This document shows positions 1 to 9,149 of a stretch of DNA of 64,000 nt, piece after piece. Each line of letters begins with the position of its first letter. Positions within the stretch are counted from its first letter, which is position 1. This stretch comes from Gemmatimonadales bacterium (GTDB lineage: Bacteria > Gemmatimonadota > Gemmatimonadetes > Gemmatimonadales > GWC2-71-9): positions 672,001 through 736,000 of the forward strand of contig OZ252244.1 in NCBI GenBank assembly GCA_965249575.1, in the 5' to 3' direction. Below the pieces are notes generated by a model. That model was not told the DNA's origin and made no database searches. It saw only the letters and a list, made by a program, of their open reading frames with translations. Position numbers and translations under genes: made by a program.

Positions 1-1338
1 CAGGGCGTCACCGCCCAAGTAGTGGGGAATTGCGGATTCTCGGCCGCGCCCCTGGGCCGGCGGAGCGATCTCAAGCACCAGATGCTCGGTCCTGTGCCCG
101 ACACCGCGGAGAGTTGGTCGGATTTCGCGTCCTACCGCGATTGCCTCGACCGGCTCACGCCCAATACGCACATCACCCCGCTGGTCGGCCACGCGGCGCT
201 CCGGCATCGGGTATCGCACGATCCGCTCGAGCCTTCAACCGCGGCCGGCATCCGCCGGCTCGTCGACGAGCTGGAGGTATGCTTCGACCAGGGGGCTCGC
301 GGCTTGAGCCTCGGCCTGGAGTACCTACCGGGTAGCATCGCGTCCCAAGAGGAGTTGTTGGCCGTCTGCACATGTGCCGGCGCGCGGGACGCGCCGGTCA
401 CGGTGCACGTCCGGAACCGGGACGTTGCCTTCGAACGCAGCATTGCCGAGGTACTGCAACTCGCACTCGACAGCGGCGCACGACTCCATCTCTCGCATAT
501 CGCCCCCAAGTACGGGGCTCGAGATGGAGCGATCGACTGGCTGCTGGGCGAGTTGGAGGGGTTCGCACGTCGGGGACCCACCGTAACCTTCGATGAGATT
601 CCCTACGAGTGGGGAACGACAAAAATGGCGGCGGCGCTCCCGCAGCACATGCTGCACGGCGACCCGTCCGACGTATTGCAGCGGCTCGCGCAGAGCGACG
701 CCGGGCGACCGCTGCGCGAGCACACCGGCTGCATGTGGAAGATGGTCCCCGACGGTAGGTGGGACTTGATCAACCTCGTGCACGCACCTGGCTCGCGGGC
801 CCTTGAAGGGAAGCCGTTCCTGGAGGTCGCGCGCCGCTTGAACACCGACCCCTGGACCGCTGCGGCCTGGATCTTGGCGGCAGCGGGAGATCGGCTGCAC
901 GAAGTTCTCTGGATCGGGCACCTGAAGGACGCGGCCGTGCTCGATACACTCCTTCTGCACGAGCAGTGTCTCCTGTGCTCGGACGGGATCACGTTGGCCC
1001 CTGACGGTCCGCTGGCCGGCGCAGAGTGGTCGCGTGCGTGCTACGGGTGGGCGGCGCGTGCCCTCACCTTCCTTACCGAACGCGGTGTCACTCTCGAGGC
1101 AGGGGTCCACCGCCTCACCGGAGCGGCGGCAGCCTGGCTCGATTGGCCTGAACGAGGGCGCATCGCGGTCGGGGCGCCGGCCGATCTCGTCCTCATCGAC
1201 CCGTCCCAACTCCGTGAGCGGGCGACCTACCAAGACCCCCACCGGCCAACCGCCGGCATCGAGCAGGTATGGCTCGGGGGCGAGCCGCTCATCGCCGACG
1301 GCACCGTCTCGCACGCACGTAACGGTCAGGTCCTCTAG
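1..1338 (+). CDS. N-acyl-D-amino-acid deacylase (D-aminoacylase) family amidohydrolase, 5'-truncated by window edge
   Basis: Frame is open from base 1 (QGVTAQVVGNCG). Family motifs GNCG, HVRN, SHI, SDG and C-terminal RGRIAVGAPADLVL. Confidence 0.9.
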   Translation, partial: QGVTAQVVGNCGFSAAPLGRRSDLKHQMLGPVPDTAESWSDFASYRDCLDRLTPNTHITPLVGHAALRHRVSHDPLEPSTAAGIRRLVDELEVCFDQGARGLSLGLEYLPGSIASQEELLAVCTCAGARDAPVTVHVRNRDVAFERSIAEVLQLALDSGARLHLSHIAPKYGARDGAIDWLLGELEGFARRGPTVTFDEIPYEWGTTKMAAALPQHMLHGDPSDVLQRLAQSDAGRPLREHTGCMWKMVPDGRWDLINLVHAPGSRALEGKPFLEVARRLNTDPWTAAAWILAAAGDRLHEVLWIGHLKDAAVLDTLLLHEQCLLCSDGITLAPDGPLAGAEWSRACYGWAARALTFLTERGVTLEAGVHRLTGAAAAWLDWPERGRIAVGAPADLVLIDPSQLRERATYQDPHRPTAGIEQVWLGGEPLIADGTVSHARNGQVL

Positions 1339-1346
1339 CAGGTCTC

Positions 1347-2579
1347 ATGAACGGCGAAACCGCGCGTGCGTTGGCAGAGGAGCGACGCTCGGAGTTATTG
1401 GACCTGCTCCGCGAGCTGATTGCCGCACCATCCCCCTACGGCAGCTCGGGTCGTAAGGCCCAGGAGATCGCGGCGGCATACCTCGAGGCCCGCGGATACC
1501 AGTCAGAGCTCACTAGCGAGCGACCTCTCGAGTGGCGCGCGCATCCAGATTTCACGATGCCGCCCGGTCCGACACCGGAAGAGCCGGTCAACCTGCGGGC
1601 GTACGCGGGTTCCACACCCCATCCGGGCCTCGCCCTCTTGGCTCACGTCGACACGGAACAGTCTGGCGATGGGTGGTCATCGAACCCCTACGAGTTGGTC
1701 GAGCGTGACGGCCGCGTATGCGGTTTGGGAGCGGCCGACGACAAGGGCGGCCTCGCCACGGCGCTCGTCGCCGCCACGATTCTCGCAGCCCTCGGCTGCG
1801 GCCCAGTGGTCTTGAGCGTACATGGAAAGGGGGGCGGCGCTCGCGGAACGCTGCCCGTAATAGCGGGGCTGCGGCGGTATCCAGGCGCCACGATCTACCT
1901 CCATCCGGCCGAGACCGGGCACGGACTCCAAGAGCTCAAGCACGCCAGCCGCGGCGTCGCGGACTTCGGGATCTCGCTCGCCGGTTGGCGCGGTCCGCCA
2001 CGCGAGATCAGAACACTGGAGAGTGCTTCTTTTGTGGAGGGGGGCGACGCGCTGGCAGCTCTGCTGGCCGGGGTGGAGCGGCTCCGACGGCACGATTTGA
2101 CCGACTGCGAGATCAATCTCGGCCGCGTCGCGGCTGGGGAGCGGGCAGGGCTGACACCTGATCGATGCGATGCCGAGCTCCGTGTCCTGTTTGCAGAGCC
2201 ACGCACGGTTCAGCAGGTCGGGGCAGTCGTGCGTGCGGCCATCGAAAGCAGCGTTCGCTCTAGATCGGCTGACACCCGGCAGTTCAGGTATACGATATCG
2301 GAAGGCACGCGGGCCAACCCTGCATCGACTCCCTGGGACGGAGGCGCTTGTGTCACACTGCGCGACGCAGTACGCCAGGTCACCGGCTCGGAGCCCGCGC
2401 CCTATGGCGGGCACTTGGCGAGCGACATTCGATTCCCGATTCGACTGCTCGGTGCGGCGGGGGTGGGAGTGGGATCGTTGGCGGGGAACTTCTACGGCCC
2501 CGATGAGTGGGTGGACGTCGACGATCTGGTGCGTTTGGTGGCGGTCACCGTGGTGTTCGGAAACGAATGGACCGGGTGA
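1347..2579 (+). CDS. M20/ArgE-DapE-like metallohydrolase with atypical active site
   Basis: AHVD, GAADDKGG and GPDEW motifs. The usual EE motif appears as GK and the last His ligand as Tyr. Confidence 0.8.
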   Translation: MNGETARALAEERRSELLDLLRELIAAPSPYGSSGRKAQEIAAAYLEARGYQSELTSERPLEWRAHPDFTMPPGPTPEEPVNLRAYAGSTPHPGLALLAHVDTEQSGDGWSSNPYELVERDGRVCGLGAADDKGGLATALVAATILAALGCGPVVLSVHGKGGGARGTLPVIAGLRRYPGATIYLHPAETGHGLQELKHASRGVADFGISLAGWRGPPREIRTLESASFVEGGDALAALLAGVERLRRHDLTDCEINLGRVAAGERAGLTPDRCDAELRVLFAEPRTVQQVGAVVRAAIESSVRSRSADTRQFRYTISEGTRANPASTPWDGGACVTLRDAVRQVTGSEPAPYGGHLASDIRFPIRLLGAAGVGVGSLAGNFYGPDEWVDVDDLVRLVAVTVVFGNEWTG

Positions 2580-2619
2580 ACGCAATCGGGAGACGGAGCT
2601 TACGGGACAGCCCCCCCGG

Positions 2620-2859
2620 TCAACGAGCCACTTCGGGCTCGCCGATCTTCACACCTGACGCGAGGCTGGACTCGATGAACTCCGCAAACACAGCGTCCAG
2701 CATCGCCAACGCTTCGGTGTAGGACGCGCCCTCGGCGTGGCAATCGGGTAACTCGCGGATGTGCGCGACCCAGCGCGGGACCCCGGTCTCGTCATAGTCC
2801 ACCTCGGCAAAGCGAGTGTAGGGCAGCGACCGATAGTACCCGATGTCCTTCCCCTTCAA
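2620..2859 (-). CDS. HicB-like antitoxin (short, RNase H-like domain only)
   Basis: YYRSLPY...WVAHIRELPDCHAEGASYTEALAML...IESSL...IGEP is the HicB-type pattern. The TTG start (2857-2859) overlaps the upstream TGA. Confidence 0.8.
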   Translation of the reverse strand: MKGKDIGYYRSLPYTRFAEVDYDETGVPRWVAHIRELPDCHAEGASYTEALAMLDAVFAEFIESSLASGVKIGEPEVAR

Positions 2860-3128
2860 TGTCCGGCAATCCAGTCTGCAACTGCTTCCACGCACTGAAC
2901 GCGCACGGCAGCGTCCACCTCGCGGGCGCCCTGGTGCAGCGGCTCCAAGATCGCGAGCAACCGCTGGGCTAGCGCTTCACGCTGTGCTGGGGCGGAAGCG
3001 TTCCAATTGGCATCGACCAAGGCCCTCATGCGCTCGAGCGCAGTCCCGGTCCGCTTGCGAAACTCGTCGGGCAGCCCGCGTGCGATCTTTCGGTCCCGGT
3101 CCGTGATCCTAGCCATCCCAAGGACCAT
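2856..3128 (-). CDS. Small hypothetical protein translationally coupled to HicB-like gene
   Basis: 86-90 aa ORF whose stop overlaps the HicB TTG start (TTGA). Confidence 0.55.
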   Translation of the reverse strand: MVLGMARITDRDRKIARGLPDEFRKRTGTALERMRALVDANWNASAPAQREALAQRLLAILEPLHQGAREVDAAVRVQCVEAVADWIAGH

Positions 3129-3267
3129 ACGACGGGGAGAGTGAGGCGCATAGGGCGTTCTTGGGACATCAAGGTACTTTGGCGGGACATCACGCGGCGT
3201 TCGCGAAGGTCACACGGGTGACCGGATGCGCGGGCGGCGAGACTGGCTGCGCTCTCCGAGCGCAGAT

Positions 3268-6084
3268 CTACTGAGCGGTTTCCGGCTTGAGAGACACCCG
3301 CACGTAATGCTCCGTGCGGAGGAACCGTTCCGCGGCCTCCCGCACCGCCGCGACGTCCAGAATGTCTACCAGATCGTCCCGATGCACGATCTCCCGAGGG
3401 TCCTCACCGAATCGGGCAGCGCGCTGCAACTCTCGTAGCCAGTAGCGATTTTCCTTCAGGTTGGTCTCGTGCGCCCGGCGCTGAGCTTCTTGAGTTTTCT
3501 TCACATACTCGAGCGTGGGCCCGACAAGACGCAAACTGTCGACCTGCTGAAATACGACCCCAACGAGTTCGTCCGCACGGTCGGGCGCCGAGCCAAAGCT
3601 CACCCTGAACGTGTACTCCTCGTCGGGATACCTGGAGATGGATCCGCTCACGCGTACCCCATACGTGCCGCCCAGCTCTTCGCGGAGTAGTTCCCGAAGC
3701 CTGATCTCTAGCACGTTGGCCAGGGATCCAAGCAGGTATCGGTTCCACCTCGTGTCGTGGACACTACCCGTGAACACGATCTCCGTGAGACTCTTTGGCT
3801 CGACTCCCCGCCGCACCACCCGCTCCACGACCCCCGGAGGGGGATCAATGTCGATCTCTCGCCACGTCTCCTCCCGGCCTTGAGATGGGAGGCTACCAAT
3901 GTAGGTCAGCACGAGCGGCCTCAACGTCTCGACATCGAAGCTCCCGACCAGGGTGAACGTGAAGTCGCCAATGTCTCCGAACCGGTCGCGGTAGAAGTCG
4001 TATGAGCGGTCGAGATCCATCTCGTCGTACAGCGCGCTCGTGGGCGGCCGCGCCCGAAAATGATGCTGGGCCAGGGTAACTCGTAGCGTGTCACGAAAAG
4101 CGGCCTCGGGACTCGCACCCCGATTCTCCAGCACGCCCTTCGCCCGAGCCTGATAGGTACTGAAAGCGGAGCTATCCCGCCGGGGCGCGGTGACGTAGAG
4201 GTAGAGCAATTGAAAGAATGTTTCGAGGTCCGACACCGACGAATTCCCAGAGAAACCCTCATAGAGCGAGGTCACGTACGGTGCAACACTGACGGCCTTG
4301 CCAGCGAGCTTCTTGTCCAACTCGATACGACTCAAATCCCCTACCCCGCCGAACCAGATCACCGATGCCGCCGTCATCGCGGGCACGTAGTCCCCATCCG
4401 AAGCGAGCGATGTACCCCCCGGACTCGATGCGCTCACCAGAATCTCGTCGTCCTTGAAATCCGTTGGTTTGAGGACCACGCGGACCCCGTTGGATAATTC
4501 CCAGACGGTGACGCCTACCTCGTCGATGAATTCGTCCGTCACGACTCGTCCCGGCCGCGGAACGGTAGCGAGCAAGGGCGCATCACCGACCTTGTCCTCG
4601 TATGGCTCGATAATCTTCGTAGCGACAGCCTGGAGGATCGAGCGTAACTCCTCGTCTTCCGGAACCCTCGCTCCGGCCTTCTCCGGTGCGTTGACCGCGA
4701 TGACGCGATTACGATCCGTGATCCATTCCTCGGCGAGCCGGTTCACCTCGGCGAGTCGTATCCCGGGTAACAGCGAATCGACTGCGCGGTATTCGTACTC
4801 GATGCCGGGGATGGGCTCCTCCTCTAGGAAATGCTGCACGTACCCGGCGGCGTAGGCGTTGGATTCCGTCTTTTCACGCTCCGCGAACGCCTGTTCGACG
4901 GCACGCTGGATGTTGCGTTTCGCACGATCGAGCTCGGACGGAGTGAACCCGTATCGCCGCACGCGCTCGGCCTCCGTGAGGAGCGCCTCGAGGCCTGCGG
5001 AGACTCCCCCGTCGGCCACACCGGCGCCGAGAAAGTAGACCTCAGACGTGCGGACGAAGCGTCCCTGTCCCGACGACGCGCCGAGGAACGGCGCGTTCGG
5101 TAACTGGCTGATTTCGTCCAATCGATCATTGAGCATGATGCTGTACAGATTCTCAACGATTCCTTTTCGATAGGCTAATACGGTCCGCTGCACTCGACTG
5201 GGTTGCTTGGAGTAGACCGAAACACGCGAAATTGTGGCCTCGGCGTCGGTCGCTGTCGTGATCAATGTCTCGTCGTGTCCGGGCACCTCGTACCGGGGGC
5301 GGGGGCGGGGGCGCACCTCAGTCGTGCCCGGAATCCCCGCGAAGTACTTCACGATGAGGTCTTCGATCTGCTGTGGATCGAAGTCGCCCACGGCGACCAC
5401 GGCCATCAAATCCGGTCGGTACCAGTCGAGGTAGAATCGCTTCAACACCGGGTGACCGAACGTTTCGAGTACGTCTTTCCTGCCGATCGGAAGTCGCTCG
5501 GCGTAGCGTGCACCCTTGAAGAGCACCGGAAGCTGCTGGTTCAGCATGCGCATGCTCGCCCCACGGCCCAGCCGCCACTCCTCGATCACGACCTGCCGTT
5601 CCTGGTCGATTTCGGTGCCGTCCAGACTGATGTTCTGCGCCCACTCGGAGAGAATCAAGAACGCGCGCTCCAGCGCGTCCGCGGAGTCGGAGGGGACCGT
5701 CAGCGTGTACACGGTCTCGTCGAACGTCGTGTAGGCGTTGATATCGGGGCCGAAACGCATGCCGATCCCTTCTAGATAGTCGACCAGCTCCTGCCGGGGG
5801 AAGCGCTCCGTACCGTTGAACGCCATATGCTCGAGCAGATGCGCTAGCCCCTCCTGGCCGTCGTCCTCAAGTACGGAACCGGCATTCACCACGAGCCGGA
5901 GGTCGGCACGATTCTCGGGCCGCTGGTTCGCGCGAACGTAGTATCGGAGCCCGTTGTCGAGCGTATCGATCGTCACGTCACGGTCGACCGGAAGCAAACC
6001 CTGAGCCCGAACGTGGGTCGAACCACCCACTGACAGTGAAACGGGTAGGGCTAGGACGAGGATGACGCCGCTTCTCAACCGCAT
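3268..6084 (-). CDS. M16 family zinc protease (PqqL-like) with signal peptide
   Basis: HLLEH inverted zincin motif, NAYTTFDETVY, second-half LSNGVRVVLK, 938 aa, RBS GAGGAG. Confidence 0.95.
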   Translation of the reverse strand: MRLRSGVILVLALPVSLSVGGSTHVRAQGLLPVDRDVTIDTLDNGLRYYVRANQRPENRADLRLVVNAGSVLEDDGQEGLAHLLEHMAFNGTERFPRQELVDYLEGIGMRFGPDINAYTTFDETVYTLTVPSDSADALERAFLILSEWAQNISLDGTEIDQERQVVIEEWRLGRGASMRMLNQQLPVLFKGARYAERLPIGRKDVLETFGHPVLKRFYLDWYRPDLMAVVAVGDFDPQQIEDLIVKYFAGIPGTTEVRPRPRPRYEVPGHDETLITTATDAEATISRVSVYSKQPSRVQRTVLAYRKGIVENLYSIMLNDRLDEISQLPNAPFLGASSGQGRFVRTSEVYFLGAGVADGGVSAGLEALLTEAERVRRYGFTPSELDRAKRNIQRAVEQAFAEREKTESNAYAAGYVQHFLEEEPIPGIEYEYRAVDSLLPGIRLAEVNRLAEEWITDRNRVIAVNAPEKAGARVPEDEELRSILQAVATKIIEPYEDKVGDAPLLATVPRPGRVVTDEFIDEVGVTVWELSNGVRVVLKPTDFKDDEILVSASSPGGTSLASDGDYVPAMTAASVIWFGGVGDLSRIELDKKLAGKAVSVAPYVTSLYEGFSGNSSVSDLETFFQLLYLYVTAPRRDSSAFSTYQARAKGVLENRGASPEAAFRDTLRVTLAQHHFRARPPTSALYDEMDLDRSYDFYRDRFGDIGDFTFTLVGSFDVETLRPLVLTYIGSLPSQGREETWREIDIDPPPGVVERVVRRGVEPKSLTEIVFTGSVHDTRWNRYLLGSLANVLEIRLRELLREELGGTYGVRVSGSISRYPDEEYTFRVSFGSAPDRADELVGVVFQQVDSLRLVGPTLEYVKKTQEAQRRAHETNLKENRYWLRELQRAARFGEDPREIVHRDDLVDILDVAAVREAAERFLRTEHYVRVSLKPETAQ

Positions 6085-6386
6085 CGGATCTCCTCAGAAA
6101 TGACGCGCGTGAACCGGGGACCGCAGTTCTCCCCGTATGCCAGTGGCCGCCCGCGGTTTCGCGGCTCGGGATGCATGGCCCACTCGGTGCTCCCGATGGT
6201 GCCACAAGGAAATTCGGGGGGCCGGCTGACGCTATAGGACGTGGGGACGCGAGGTGCTAGGCTCCCAATCTTCGCGCTACGAGGGGAACGGTCCGACCCG
6301 CAACTTCCCTGGAGGCGTCTCATCGGTCCGGGTCCCACTCCCCTCTCTTGTTTCACGCTAGTGTACCACTGCGGAGGGGGCGTACA

Positions 6387-7634
6387 TCACGAATCGCGAT
6401 TCGGCCGGTCACGGATCTCTCCGGCTCTGATGATACCGCTCCGCCCGTACTTACTGCGAATGGCATCTACGACGTGAGCGAGGGTCCGGTCGCGCTCAGT
6501 CTCGTCTTCCGCTCCGCCCTCGTCGAACAGGGAGAGCTGCGGTTCTCTCTCGGCGTCATCGGTCAATTGCGAGAGAGAGACGCCGAGCAGGCGCGCCGCC
6601 GTCCGCCTGTCACGGCGGAGCTTTCTCAAGAGGCCGAGAGCCGCGCCATGAACGGGCCGTTCAGCGGACACCGGCCGCCGCAGCGTCCGGCTGGCCTGCC
6701 GGGTCGTGAAGTCCGCATCCCGCAACTTCACCGTGACGGTCCGGGCTCGGAGTCCGTTGCGCCGCAAGTCCCCAGCCACTAGCGCGCTCATTCGGAGGAG
6801 CTCCCGCTCGATCTCGTCATCACTCGAAAGATCGGTCTCGAAGGTCGCTTCGTGACTCAGCGACTTGCGCCGACCCTCGTGGACCACAGGCGCTCGGTCA
6901 ACCCCCCGCACGCGTTCGTATAACCACCGCCCCGTCCGCTCACCGAACCAACGCTGAAGCGTATGGAGTTCGTGAGCCAGGGCATCGCGCACCGTCCGCA
7001 AGCCGTGGTGTTGCAGGCGCTCCTGAAACCGAGGCCCGATCATCGGAATCTCCGCCAAGTCGAGCCCGCTCAGGAACTCGGCTTCCCCACCCGGCGGCAC
7101 GATGTGCACGCCCTGCCCCCGGCCCGGCTTTGCCCGCTTGGCCGCGAGCTTCGCCACCAACCGCGACGTACCTCCTCCGATGGACACCGAAAGACTGGTT
7201 CGCTCGGTCACCGCCGAGCGCATCCGCGCCGCCGTTTCGGAAAACGACTCGTCGTGGTAGAGCTCCTCGGTCCCCGACAAGTCGACGTAGAATTCGTCGA
7301 TGCTCGCGGCTTCCACGATCGGCGAAAAGCGCTCCAGTGCCCTGTGAATCTCCTTGCTCTTTCGGCTGCACGCGCCCCTGGGTACCGGGACCACCTTCGC
7401 TGCTGGGCAGAGTCGGAGCGCCTGCGCCGTGGGCATCGCGGAACGCACCCCAAAGGATCGTGCCTCATAGGACGCCGATGTGACCACTCCCCGGCCACTT
7501 GCGGAGCCACCTACGATGAGGAGCGACTCCTTCCCCACACCCTCGGGATCCAGCAGTCGGGCCACCGCCACGAAAAACGCGTCGGCGTCAACGAGGAGAA
7601 TGCGGCGAGCGGAGTAAGCTAGGTTCGATGACAC
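6387..7634 (-). CDS. dinB: DNA polymerase IV (Y family)
   Basis: VDADAFF, SYEARSFGVRSAM, SIDEFY and KLAAKRAKP motifs; C-terminal QLSLF clamp-binding motif. Confidence 0.95.
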   Translation of the reverse strand: MSSNLAYSARRILLVDADAFFVAVARLLDPEGVGKESLLIVGGSASGRGVVTSASYEARSFGVRSAMPTAQALRLCPAAKVVPVPRGACSRKSKEIHRALERFSPIVEAASIDEFYVDLSGTEELYHDESFSETAARMRSAVTERTSLSVSIGGGTSRLVAKLAAKRAKPGRGQGVHIVPPGGEAEFLSGLDLAEIPMIGPRFQERLQHHGLRTVRDALAHELHTLQRWFGERTGRWLYERVRGVDRAPVVHEGRRKSLSHEATFETDLSSDDEIERELLRMSALVAGDLRRNGLRARTVTVKLRDADFTTRQASRTLRRPVSAERPVHGAALGLLRKLRRDRRTAARLLGVSLSQLTDDAEREPQLSLFDEGGAEDETERDRTLAHVVDAIRSKYGRSGIIRAGEIRDRPNRDS

Positions 7635-7718
7635 GTCGTGGTCGGAAGCGCGACCTGTGTACGATTGCGAGCTTGACTGCAGGATAATGTCGCAACGGCC
7701 CCTGCGATGCCAGACCGG

Positions 7719-7774
7719 CCATCCCCCACTCGCGATTCGCCACTCACCGCTCGCAATTCCCCGTCCCTATCCCC
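7719..7774. repeat. Degenerate heptamer tandem repeat (about 8 units)
   Basis: CCATCCC CCACTCG CGATTCG CCACTCA CCGCTCG CAATTCC CCGTCCC TATCCCC, in the divergent dinB intergenic region. Confidence 0.6.
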
Positions 7775-7834
7775 ACCGAGGTGGGCTGACTACTTTGGTC
7801 GGCTCGGAACCGCATGGCGTGTATAGGGGAGAGT

Positions 7835-8485
7835 ATGGATTACGCACTGATGAGCAGCGGGGGTAAGGACGGAACACTCGCCCTCGACCGCGCAAACCGG
7901 GACGGCCTCGAAATCAGGTTCCTCGCAAACGTGTACGAGGGATCGACGAAGCGGGTCCGTTTTCACGGTGTTCGCAATGAATGCATCGCGTTGCAGGCCG
8001 AGTCGCTTGGCCTGGAGCTCGTCACCGCACACACATCCCCCGATTCCTTCGAGCCGGTCTTCCTCGACCTCCTCCAGACGCTCAAGCGGCGGGGGTGCGA
8101 GGGTGTGGTGTTTGGCAACGTCCACCTCGCGGATGTCCGAGCCTGGTACGAAGAGCGAGTACATTCGGCAGGCCTGAAGCATGTCGAGCCGCTATGGGGC
8201 GCTCCCCCAATCGAATTGATATTCGAGGTGGTGGAACGCGGGTATCAGGCCATCGTAGTAAGTGTGGATACGTCGCAGGCCGCCGCGGGGTTTCTGGGTC
8301 GTGAGCTCGACTCTGATCTCTTGACGGATATCGGTATAACGGACGACCTGGACCCCTGCGGGGAACGGGGCGAGTTCCACACGTTCGTTTACGACGGCCC
8401 CCTATTTCGACAGCCCGTGTCGTTTCGCCAGGGCGAGATCCGGGAGATCGATGGTCATCGGTTTCTCGATCTCATTCCCGATTGA
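7835..8485 (+). CDS. Diphthamide-synthase-like (Dph6/MJ0570 family) PP-loop ATP pyrophosphatase
   Basis: SGGKDG PP-loop, FHG, EPLWG and DPCGERGEFHTFVYDGP motifs. Confidence 0.9.
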   Translation: MDYALMSSGGKDGTLALDRANRDGLEIRFLANVYEGSTKRVRFHGVRNECIALQAESLGLELVTAHTSPDSFEPVFLDLLQTLKRRGCEGVVFGNVHLADVRAWYEERVHSAGLKHVEPLWGAPPIELIFEVVERGYQAIVVSVDTSQAAAGFLGRELDSDLLTDIGITDDLDPCGERGEFHTFVYDGPLFRQPVSFRQGEIREIDGHRFLDLIPD

Positions 8486-8498
8486 GGGGCGCCGCGGC

Positions 8499-9098
8499 TC
8501 ACAGGGCGGCCATGATCGCCATCTCCACCTCGTCGAGTGACGCCACCATTGTGTCGCCGAAATAGTAGCGAACCTCTTCACGGAGACCACGATACAGGGA
8601 CGGTCCCGTGCCTCCGCAGATCAGCGTGCCGTCGCCAATCTCGTCCGAGGGACAGAGCGTCTCGTCGTAGAACGAGATCGGGAATAGGCAATCAACTATC
8701 GATTTCAACTCGTGGTAATCGATCCCCTTCTCGATGCAGTAAGAATGAATCAGACACCCACGTCCCTCACGGTTGAGAAAAACACAAGCGCCGTTTTCGA
8801 CCTGCGTCCGGCGAGACCCTCCGCCCGGAAGCTCCCGATCTTCGTTGACTTCCGAGGAGAACCAGCGATCCCGATGAATCCCGGTGTAGGCCTCGAGGTC
8901 GTCCGCGTGCTGAACGAGACGTTGGTGATGATAGAGATCCACGTCGACGCCGTGCGTGCAGCACTGATCGTGACAGTACGTGCATTGCAGGCAGTGCGTG
9001 AAATACTGCCTCCGGAAGATCTCCGTGTCGACGCGTGAAATCACCGGTGCGCCATACCGGCTCGGGAAGGATCGTGGGAGTTGAATGATGCCGTTCAT
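8499..9098 (-). CDS. Cys-rich metal-cluster protein (DUF3109/YkgJ-like)
   Basis: CxxCxxCxxxCC, ACVFL, CLIH and CLFP cysteine pattern. Confidence 0.7.
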   Translation of the reverse strand: MNGIIQLPRSFPSRYGAPVISRVDTEIFRRQYFTHCLQCTYCHDQCCTHGVDVDLYHHQRLVQHADDLEAYTGIHRDRWFSSEVNEDRELPGGGSRRTQVENGACVFLNREGRGCLIHSYCIEKGIDYHELKSIVDCLFPISFYDETLCPSDEIGDGTLICGGTGPSLYRGLREEVRYYFGDTMVASLDEVEMAIMAAL

Positions 9099-9149
9099 GA
9101 TCTGTACGCGAATCCCTCCGAGGTACTCGTGTTCGCGGAGCCGAGAGAC

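Noticed and set aside
5294..5313. GGGGGC repeats inside the M16 protease gene
   Set aside because: In frame (Pro-Arg repeat in a linker); the ORF is intact.
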